A DNA stretch of 20,000 nt. It comes from Catajapyx aquilonaris. Taxonomy: Eukaryota. The stretch covers positions 44,483 to 64,482 of the forward strand of contig JYFJ02002020.1 in assembly GCA_000934665.2 (NCBI GenBank), in the 5' to 3' direction. Below, one piece after another: positions 1 through 9,059 of the stretch; positions within the stretch are counted from its first letter, which is position 1; every line of letters starts with the position of its first letter. Position numbers and translations under genes: made by a program. The notes under the pieces were generated by a model. It was given only the letters and a program-made list of their open reading frames with translations. It was not told where the DNA came from and ran no database searches.

Positions 1-2
1 TA

Positions 3-168
3 AAGTTGGAGATGGCAGGCCCTCCCCTTAGGCAGTATGCTCTGCCAATCCCTGCCTTTAATAAATACACAAACACATGCCTAAAGCAGCTAACTTGGGC
101 CAAAGAAGAATCCATTAATTTGAGTCGGATAAAGGAATGTCAGTGAAGGCCCGCACCGTCTCCAACTT
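3..168. repeat. Degenerate inverted repeat (possible old MITE fragment)
   Basis: AAGTTGGAGATGGCAGGCCCTC (3-24) is an imperfect reverse complement of GAAGGCCCGCACCGTCTCCAACTT (145-168). Confidence 0.4.
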
Positions 169-187
169 GATGCTCGGGGCTGTACAT

Positions 188-1060
188 TAGGGTGGATCGA
201 TTTTTTTTTTTTTTTTTTGAAGATTTCAAAACCTATGCAGAAAAGATGTTCTATGGTATATAGATTAAGGGAAAAATAAAATAAATAATTAATTTTAAGG
301 TTAAACGCTGCTGCAAAAAGGTTGAAGTTTAGGTATTTGAGCATTTATATGGTAGTATTGAAAGTGATTTTTGTTAAAATGAAACGGGCAGATGCTACCG
401 TGACAATTTTGACTACTCGTTCTGTAGCTTGAGTGTGGCAGGGAAACTCCTTGATGGTAGGTAGGATGGTCGCATGAATGATTACTGGGTTTACCATTGC
501 TTCTGAAATCGTGTCATCATTAAATCGTTCAGTCAGTGGGGGCTCAGTCACATTTTCTCACTTAATCAAGTCCACATAAAGGATATACAAGTTCATGTCG
601 ATATGTCAAATAGAGCATTCGCTTTCTTTCGAAAGGTGTCAATCTGATTACAATAGCTTTCAACGTTTTTTCTTGCTTTGTAAGATTTAAGAAGAGAGCG
701 ATACTTGTCGTGGTATGAACGTACTTTTCTCAAAACCCTGTAGTGGTCAATTATTGGGATTGAAGCTCGTTTCCAGGTCTCTTCTAACTTATTTGCAACT
801 TCTTCACACGCTGTGGAAAGTGTAGAAACTGCTTCCTTGTGTCGGTTCTCTTTTGAATGCCAAAATATGCACCTTATTAGGTTTTTCGTAGATAGGAAGC
901 ACAATCGGCACCATATCTCAGCCAGTCCCAAATATAGGGCAAATCATATATTTTCTTAACATCGCCATAGTGCTCTACTTGTCCAAGTACACAAACACAT
1001 TTCATGCAATATAATAATAATTTACTTGACTTACCGAGAACAGCGCTCATGCGTGCTATT
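188..1060 (-). mobile_element. Internally deleted, decayed hAT-superfamily (hATm-like) DNA transposon remnant
   Basis: Minus-strand fragments: N-terminal-type 'LEETWKRASIPIIDHYRVLRKVRSYHDKY' (593-931) and C-terminal-type 'TEPPLT...FPCHTQATERVVKIVT' (345-551), which I recall from hATm-like transposases. Terminus-like TAGGGTGGATCGA at 188. The catalytic core is absent, no matching second TIR was found, and the right boundary is approximate. Confidence 0.65.
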
Positions 1061-1325
1061 CTGTCGGCCGCTGGCAGTGAACTGATCGGGTTTACCAAAG
1101 AGCAGTAATGCTACTACAGACATCTTCCCCTCACTCTTAGCCCCACCCCTTACCTGCCTGCCACGTGGGTAAGATTCCATGACGTAGATCGTCTCTGCGT
1201 TGAATACCGGTTTGACGTTATGGAAGGGCAGGAGACGGAAGAAAGCAGGGATTGCCTCTGAGAAGCATGCCTGTAGTAGTATTACTGCATATATTTTTTC
1301 TTCATACAAGTGCAATCCAACTTAC

Positions 1326-1473
1326 TGTATCATCAGTCCAAAAAGGATTGTCCCTCACGTCGAGCGGGCAGCCACGTGTCAGGATGAAAGGAACCAGTTA
1401 ACTGGTTGCTTTCATCCTGATGCGTGGCTGCTCGCTCGACGCGAGGGACAATCCTTTTTGAACCGTTGATACA
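1326..1473. repeat. 148-bp spacer-less palindrome (foldback/MITE-like) in ARL13B intron
   Basis: Two 74-bp arms meet at AACCAGTT|AACTGGTT (centre 1399/1400), with 8 mismatches and no indels by manual alignment. Confidence 0.9.
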
Positions 1474-1533
1474 TGTCACAATGAAACAGATTTCATAGTT
1501 ACGCATTAAGTGACATTCCTCTCTGGCTTTCAG

Positions 1534-2430
1534 GCTGGCCAACAAGCAAGACTGCGAGAATGCCCTGGATGAGATTGAGATAGTGGAGCGGCTAGAACTG
1601 GAGGCTCTGGTTAACCAGCAAAAGTGTCCCACCCGTGTTGAGACCTGCTCTGCCTGTCCGCCTGTTCCCAGCCAGAGAGGGTGGATAGAAGTGTGTAGCA
1701 AGCGGAGGCGGGGAAAGGGAAGAGGCAGGAGGAGAATCGGGGGTGACCCAGGGGTGAAGCAGGGTTTCAGGTGGCTGGTGGCCACGGTGGTTGGGGACAT
1801 GGACCAGATAGGTCAGCGGGTGGAGAGGGACACTGCCGAGGCCAGAGCGAAGCAGGAGGAGGAGAAGAAGGCAAGGGCATTGCGAGTCAAGGCGTCCAGG
1901 GAGGAGAGGGGAGAGGAGGAAGTGGAAGCAGGAGATGATAGGGTAGGGTTCAGGCCTATTGAAGAGGTCACAAGCGACCTGGAAAGAAGAGAGAGGGAAG
2001 ATGCTGCCCACAATGGCGGGGCAGGCCATCAGGCGGAGGCTCACCTCAACGGCCATGCAGCTACACCAACCATTAAGCGTAAGCTACTTGATTTCTTCTA
2101 GATGTTTGTTTACATTGGCAACATAACTCGTGTATTTCCACAGAATTTGAGCTGGAAGATAGCAAACCAAAGAAGAAAAACCTGCTGAAGAAGTTGAACA
2201 AGACGGCCCCAATGGTGGATCCGAATGAAGAGAGCCCAAAGAAATTCCTCCCGCCCATCAGCCTGGCCGGCAGTATTGCAGCCCCATGGATTAAATCTCC
2301 GCTCGGATCTGGGGAGGGTGCGGAGAGGTCTTCCTCGCAGCAGTCTCGCCACTCAGGGCTTGTCACGCACAATTGGGGTCTGGCTGAGGATCTCGAAGTT
2401 GTGGAGGCAGCCACACCAAAGAAAGCTTGA
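1534..2430 (+). CDS. ARL13B: ADP-ribosylation factor-like GTPase 13B, 3' part (exons 1534-2078, 2144-2430; upstream exons not in window)
   Basis: Acceptor ttcag at 1533, then LANKQD (G4) CENALDEIEIVERLELEALVNQQKCPTRVETCSA (G5), 'GFRWLV', a charged coiled coil (QRVERDTAEARAKQEEEKKARALRVKASREER) and a Pro-rich tail, matching ARL13B architecture. The GT-AG intron 2079-2143 keeps frame to TGA at 2428-2430. Confidence 0.88.
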
Positions 2431-2722
2431 TGGCCTAGCTGCTTCTTGCATTGAAACGTATTTTCCATGCCGTCCAGAAACCCTGGGGTTTTCCTCATGT
2501 CTGCACCATGTCAACATATAGTGTGACGCACGCATTTTAACACTGATGCCAGCACATTCTAGTCAATGTTAGTCAAGGCTTGAATCAGTGTCAAATTCGG
2601 TCATGCTTGCCGTGATCAAGAAATCCGTCCCCAACTGAAAAACGCCGGCCTGATTTTTGTACTTGTGATCTCATAATTTTTCCACATTTTATATTTTATA
2701 ATGCATTTTAAGCTATCTGAGA

Positions 2723-2744
2723 AATAAAAATATGCCGTTTTATT
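2723..2744. terminator. Facing polyadenylation signals: AATAAA (+, 2723-2728, ARL13B) and AATAAA (-, 2739-2744, ISCU)
   Basis: Canonical hexamers on opposite strands in the AT-rich tract between two convergent stop codons (2430 and 2951). Confidence 0.55.
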
Positions 2745-2950
2745 TTACAACAATAATGTATTCGTTATTTCCCCACAGGAAAACTACAATTTGCAAATGT
2801 TACATCTCCAATATGGATGCAATGACCTTTTTTATCATAATTACACACGTGTCCTCCACATGTCCTTCCTCCTAATGGCAAACACAGAAACGCATAAGAA
2901 AAAAAACGAAAGAAACATCAAGCGGTAATCAGTGCTGCTGGTGGTTCGAC

Positions 2951-3631
2951 CTAAGTGGATTCAGCAGTTGCCTTGTCGTCACCCTTCTTTCCAGACTGCT
3001 TGATGCGATAATCGCTCAGTGCAGCCTTTATGGCATCCTCAGCCAGCACTGGTAACGGAAAGATATGTCAGGTTTCACAGTACGGTTTAAGGCTAATTAC
3101 AGGGCATACTTGAGCAATGCAGCTTGACGGGTGGCAAGCGCAGCTCCTTTGCAATGTCTGTGTTCTTCAGCTTCAGTGCCTCGTCCACCTGTGAAAAGAA
3201 GCTCATTTTTTACTCTGAAACATGGGTATGCGCGAGGTACGTACAGTCTTGCCCTTAACCCATTCGGTAGCGAGTGAGCTGGAAGCGATGGCAGAACCGC
3301 ATCCAAAAGTCTTAAACTTTGCATCAACAATCTTCCCATTGTCGTCCACCTTAATCTGCAGCTTCATCACATCTCCGCAAGCCGGAGCACCAACCAGGCC
3401 TGTTCCGACCTGCTTATCCTCCTTATCCAGCGACCCCACATTCCTGGGGTTCTCATAGTGATCAATCACCTGAAATTAATAAATAATTACAACCCCAAAA
3501 TGGGTGACCCCTGACCCCCTTCCAAGTACCTTCTCATGATAGTGCAAAGCAGGTGTGCTTGCGCTCTTGTTCGTAGTCTCCAGGAAGGTCCTTGGTATCA
3601 GCTGCCTGGACACAGCCCGGATCAAAGCCAT
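2951..3631 (-). CDS. ISCU: Mitochondrial iron-sulfur cluster scaffold protein IscU, 167 aa (exons 3631-3530, 3469-3245, 3188-3110, 3048-2951)
   Basis: YHEKVIDHYENPRNVGS, GLVGAPACGDVMKLQI, FKTFGCGSAIASSS, LPPVKLHCSMLAEDAIKAAL. Three GT-AG introns, exon sum 504 nt, and an Arg-rich presequence-like N-terminus MALIRAVSRQLIPR. Confidence 0.97.
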
Positions 3632-4148
3632 CACCGGGTTTTAGGGTCACACGAGGTCAGCAAATTCAATGCGAGGTCAGCTAATGCAATGCGCACTTGT
3701 TCTATAACCAGAACGTTCGAATCCGACACTATCGATTGTTGCAAAAATTATTGTCATTTTTAGTCTCATAATGATGGCGATACCAAGTAGCAAACTTTTT
3801 CTGGTCGGGAATTGTTGCGTCACTATGGCGACATGTTTGTTTGAAAAAATTTCGTCAGGTTTTTGGTTCTGGGCACCCCGAGGCAGGTGTACTCCGTCGG
3901 GGGGTTTTTATACACGACGGTGGACCCTTCTGGAGGAGTCGACCCGGGGATATACATTTTGGGGGAAGGAACCAACCGACCGGGTGAGGAAAACATTGTT
4001 GCAATAATTGCAAGTGTGTAAATGCAACTCGAATATATGAAATTCGAACAATTGTTGTGTATTTTTACTGACAGTAATTTTTCATTTTCAGGGCCACTTT
4101 TTGGGAAGTACAAAAAAAAAAAAGGACTAGGAAATAATAGAGCTGGTC
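3632..4148. promoter_or_regulatory. Divergent (head-to-head) promoter region ISCU/CCDC81 with DRE-like TATCGAT (3730-3736) and X-box-like GTCACTATGGCGAC (3819-3832)
   Basis: The start codons are 517 bp apart on opposite strands. Motif matches are by eye. Confidence 0.55.
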
Positions 4149-7100
4149 ATGGGAACGGTTGTGTTTGATCAGAGCGGCTTGGTGGCTGAAGCTAAGAAAA
4201 ATTTTCGTTCCAGAATTGGGCCAAAGTATTCAGACGATGGTAAGAAATTTTGCGTTTTGCGTAATTATGCGGTGACAATGTTATTATTTGGCAGATCTCA
4301 TTAAAACGTGGAATGGAATATTTGATGTCATCAAGGACCAGTTGATGAAGCAGCGTGTGAGTATAGCACAGTCATCGTTATTATGACTACAGTACCGGTA
4401 CTTAACCTTGTTATTAATTGTTCAGGGAGCGGACTTGGCTGGGTTCGGCACATTCAATTTCTCCCAGATCAAAATGAACATTGCCCAGCAGGCAGTGCTG
4501 TGCAGCCGCCAGCCAATATTCCGCCTCTGCCCCAAACTTGCAGACTACTACCGCATCCAGTCGTGCCAGGTCTTCCGAGATGGAGACCTCACTTGTTATC
4601 CGGTGAACTTGGCCACAGTGGCTCAGCAACTGGGAATGGACAGGCGTGTGGTGGAGTGGTGCACTGCGGAAGTTCTGTCCGCATTAGCTCGTGCCCTCAG
4701 CCAGGGTAAGGACGTGGAGTTCCCGGTGCCAGGGATGTGCAAGGTGCAGATACGGAACAAACGGCTGAAGACCATATTCCTGAGATCCTTTGAGAACAAG
4801 CTACCCATCTACCACATTCCAGAGGAGCGAAAGAAAGACGCTGAGCGAATTGCCCAGATTGAGGCCGATGGGATTGCCAATCGGGACAAGCAGAGGGCCG
4901 CAGGAAGAGAGAGGAAGCCAAAGGTGGTGAAGAAGGAGAAAAAGCCGGTGAAAGCTACTACGCCTAAAGCAGTACCATGTGGCCCAACCACATGCAAAGC
5001 CTTCATGGCTTCTGCTGGGGACAACGAAGCATCCCAAGAGGAAGGAGGCAGCGGTCCATGTGTACCCAACACTTGCCCAAAGTTTAACCCGGCAAGCGTA
5101 AGTATACACACCTTCTCTTATGTCAATTACTGAATTGTTGCTTGTGCTAACATGCCATTATTCCAGCTTATCCTTAGAATCCATATGGGGTTTATTAGTT
5201 GAATAATGAAATATCCCTTTTGTCATGAAATTTTGTGCATTATACTGTATACTATCTAAATGGATAGCAATTGCTTCTTAAAATTTGGCATGCAGAAATA
5301 CAGTCCTAAAACAAATAATCATTGTCTAGTGAAGGTCTTGTTGCACTGTCGCTGGAATGCCAGCGGAAAGCGGGCCAGGAGAGTTTGTTATTCATTGTCG
5401 TAAACTTTTCTCTGAACAATGAATAACGGAATTTTCAGGCTCCTTTCCAGCTGAGAAATTTTTCTGGTGATGATGTAACCAGACCTAAATGTACAATAAT
5501 TGTTCTTCAACTACTTGGGTTGGGATTTCCCTACACTTGTGTGCATGATTTATTTGGTGACTCGGTGGATCCCCATTTTCATTCTAGAACTAAGGCAAAT
5601 GTGTCACAAGGAAGTGAAATGGGAATAGCAGCCATAACCACAGCCACTGCTGTTCTCTAGAACCGAATCTCAATCAACTTGACACCCCATCACTCAATAA
5701 ACTGCCACACAAAATGCACATTGTAGTTTTATTGAATAGCATCCTATGAAGAATGAAATCCAAACTCTCTTCCTCTCCTCTCCTTTCCCTCTCTGCCCCT
5801 TCCGTGGTTCAGGGTGACGTGCAACGGACTTCTCGCAGGCTTGAAAGAGACACCCTGTGTCTTAATGATCCTAAGAACAAGTCTGCTGTCCCAGACAACT
5901 TTGTGGGGAAGAACATTTGGTGCCGTAAAGGGGACGAAGAGAAGCAAGCACCTTTCATCAAAGCCTGCTTCCCTGGGACCAACCACCCTATCAACCCAGC
6001 TCCGCCTCACAAGACCAGTGTTTTTTCTGAGTCCATGATGAAGCCCATGCAAAGCATAACTGACTTGGAGCAAGTGCTGGCTGACTGTGAGGTAAGTTAC
6101 TGCCATAGAATTGGCTGTCAGAGAATTTAATGTTGCATATGGTGCACAGGAAAAGAAAGAATCTGTGGCCTCTTTATGGGAATTATTTTTGGCACACTCT
6201 TGGAAACTGCGGATTCTTGATCCACGGTAGGTTGCATCCGCAGGTGTGGAACATGCAGTTACGAAGGGTTGCTGAAATTTAACTACTGCATGGCTACTCA
6301 GTGGAATGATCATTATGTGTGTCACTGTGGTCTCTATTGCACATATTGTATTGAGAACAAGGATGTTGATTAATATACACTTTCTAGGTAGGACAGTAAG
6401 CCATAAGGAATCAGTGTAATTATATCTCACTTGATTAGTTTTTTTTGTCGTGACTATCATTACCAGGATCTGAAAGGGCGTCGTTTGTGCGTGAGGTGTT
6501 CTCGCAGGATGGGGTGTAATGCACGTGCAGCATGGACTCAAGAGCATTCCGTGAAGCAGCATGAGGACATGGATGCCTATCACAGAGAAGCCCTTCCTCT
6601 GCAACCAGACTTTGCTGGCGAGTTGGCTGCTTGCAGGAGAAAGCAGGCTACGGAACAGGCCAAGTTCAACTATGATAAGGGACAGAAGGAGAGGGAGGAG
6701 CGGTTTAAGAAAGACACAACCTCCCTGCCCATGTCTGATGTCTTCCATGCCGTATGTGTTGCTCCTCTTTGTTGGTCCCAATTTTATATCGAAGTTTGAT
6801 AATAATTGAATCACACTGAATGACATGCAGGACTGAGGCTTGGTTGCATAAATGTAAATTTAAAGTGACCTATACAGGGTGTAAATGAATTCAACCGACA
6901 AACTTCTAGGGGTGATAGAGGGGACCAAGACAAACATTTTTGACATAGGAACCCGTGTCCGGAAACGCCATCTAGAGGGGGTTCATAGACAAGGAACGGG
7001 TGAGCTCAGACGCGTCACACGTGAGGCGCTAGGCGAGCGGACTGTTTTGTTGATAGATGGCGCTCGGATAGTAACCAACGATGCGATGTGCCATAACGTG

Positions 7101-8799
7101 GCAACAACAGAGTCATCTAGCAACTAAAGTCCCCCTCCTAGGAGACGCGCGGATAGTCAACAGCGGTTCTGTTGTTGCCAGGTTATGGCGTATCGTGTTG
7201 TTGTTTACTTACAACAACGCGATACGCCATAACCTGGCAACAACTGCGTGCCATCTATCAACAAAACAGTCCGCTCGACTTGCGCCTCTCTCGTGACGCG
7301 TCTGAGCGCACCCGTTCCTCGTCTATGAACCCCCTCTAGATGGCATTTCCGGACACGGTTTCCTATGTCAAAAATGTTTGTCTTGGTCCCCTCTATCACC
7401 CCTAGAAGTTTGTCGGTTGAATTCATTTACACCCTGTATATTGTAAATCATATTTCTAATGCATGATCTGAGATTTTGATACAACTGCCCTAACTTGGTT
7501 AATTCAGTATATGTTATTGGTATATGTGAGAACTAAGTCCTGATGAGAATGTTAATATGATTCTTTGTGAATGATATTTCGTTACAATTGCTGCTTGGCA
7601 GAGGCCGGCTACTCCAAAAGGGTTCGAGAACGCCCGCTTTCTGAAAGATGTGGAAGAGATGAAGAAGCAACTGAGTGACAAGAATGCCAAACAATTAAAA
7701 GATGCTGAGGACTTGATGTCTCGGGAGAAGGCTGAGAGAGAGAATCTCATTTCAGAGTACAAGACAATCTAATATTTGTTTGTACATATATCAACTGTAA
7801 CGTAATTCAAGTGAACTGACATGTCCCTTCTCTTGTTTTGGTATAGATTAAAAGCAGACATGGAAGCAGCAAGGAAGCATGAGGCTGAAGAGAAGGCCAA
7901 GTACATGGCATCACTTTTCAAGCAAATAGCAGAAAACAATGCCGTAAAACAGGCGGTGAAGGACAAGGAGTTGAGCACTCCATGCCATGAAATTCTTGAC
8001 CCGCATTTGTTGTTTGAGAAGAATTACGAATCAACTGGAGCAGGACCAGCCATGTCGAAAAAGTTAGTATTTTTACAACTGACGTATTGGCAGCACAGAG
8101 CCATTGAGTCAATCAGTCTAACAAGGTTTGCACCAATCATTTCATCCTCTTTTTGTGTGATACATTAAATTGTTTTTGTGGCACATGGTTTTGGCCTTTC
8201 ATGTACCAACATATCATAGTGATTTTGGTAAACGTAGAGTATTTGAGTTTCCTATAGCTTCATCCAGGAATTAAGTTCAGCCTTTACCTTCTATTGTAAT
8301 GAAAAATGGGTCAAGATGTAATTGGAGAATAATTTCAAATTAAGACTTTGGGTTGTGACCTTACAATGAAAGGACACTTACTGAAACTCAAAATTCTATC
8401 ATTGTTAATGCTTTATTGTGTTACGGCAGTGTGGCTTTGGAGATCCAGAAGATAAATATGGAGAAGGCAAAGGAGCTTCACCAAAAGGCAAAGGACGACT
8501 ATGAAAAAACAGTGAAGGAGGAGACAGAGGCACTAATGAGGACAAGACAGAGACTGAGGGATGCATGCCAGTATGAAAAGGCCAAGAACCTTACCTTGTT
8601 GGAAGACATGAAAAGTCATTGGGAAGCCCTGGCCAAGATTAAGAAGAACAAACCTGTGGAGAAACCAACTATTTCAGTTATGGACCAGCTTTTCTATTAC
8701 AACAGATGCTTCCGGTGCAAGAAGAAGGTCTCATATGATGGGAAAGGAAACTTTTGGAAAGGACACTATCCTCTTGATGGGCATCCTTATATTGAGTGA
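4149..8799 (+). CDS. CCDC81: Coiled-coil domain-containing protein 81-like, ~709 aa (exons 4149-4239, 4295-4356, 4426-5097, 5813-6091, 6467-6751, 7602-7756, 7847-8062, 8430-8799)
   Basis: N-terminal tandem HU-like motifs (TWNGIFDVIKDQLMKQRGADLAGFGTF...RQPIFRL; LSQGKDVEFPVPGMCKVQIRNKRLKTIF), central LCVRCSRR, coiled coils, and C-terminal RCFRCKKK...GNFW as in CCDC81. All introns are GT-AG with compatible phases, exon sum 2130 nt, AATAAA at 8805-8810. Confidence 0.85.
5333..5486 (+). repeat. Degenerate long hairpin in CCDC81 intron 3
   Basis: 5333-5398 pairs with 5416-5486 around a 17-nt loop. The core is GTTATTCATTGT / ACAATGAATAAC and the ends are AGGTCT / AGACCT. Confidence 0.7.
6875..7436. 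mobile_element. Non-autonomous Tc1/mariner-type MITE, 562 bp, ~187-bp TIRs, TA target duplication, in CCDC81 intron 5
   Basis: TA|CAGGGTGTAAATGAATTCAACCG...CGGTTGAATTCATTTACACCCTG|TA. TIRs 6875-7061 and 7250-7436 align without indels, and there is no transposase ORF. Confidence 0.92.
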
Positions 8800-9059
8800 T
8801 TTATAATAAAGTGTACAGCAGTTTAGCAATCATTTTGTTGTTCCAGAGAGGGCATGGATTATTACTGGTGAAATAAGTGTTCCTCATGCACATCCCTCCC
8901 ACATTCAAGAGTTAGCTAAAACCTAAATGTGGGTTCAAATCCTACACTCGGAAGGTCCACCTTACTTTGTGGTGCCAGTGCCATGAAGAGAGAAGAATAG
9001 TCTGTATTTTCACCTTGACAAGAGTAATGTTCCTAAGATGCGTAAATGCAATAATTGGG

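Noticed and set aside
1200..1800. ORFs 1200-1469 (+) and 1333-1800 (-) sharing RIVP.VERAAT.QDE
   Set aside because: By-product of the 1326-1473 palindrome and the antisense strand of the ARL13B exon.
2535..2595. Stem-loop in the ARL13B 3' UTR as a possible SECIS for the TGA stop
   Set aside because: No proper AUGA/GA quartet with an apical AA, another TGA follows within a few codons, and ARL13B is not a known selenoprotein.
3860..4115. GC-rich patch and ORFs 3771-4007 / 3823-4113 in the divergent promoter
   Set aside because: No homology, TIRs or splice structure recognisable. It may be a TE remnant or UTR sequence, but this is unsupported.
6885..7426. Two near-identical ORFs (MNSTDKLLGVIEGTK...) on opposite strands
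   Set aside because: They are translations of the MITE's two TIRs, not genes.
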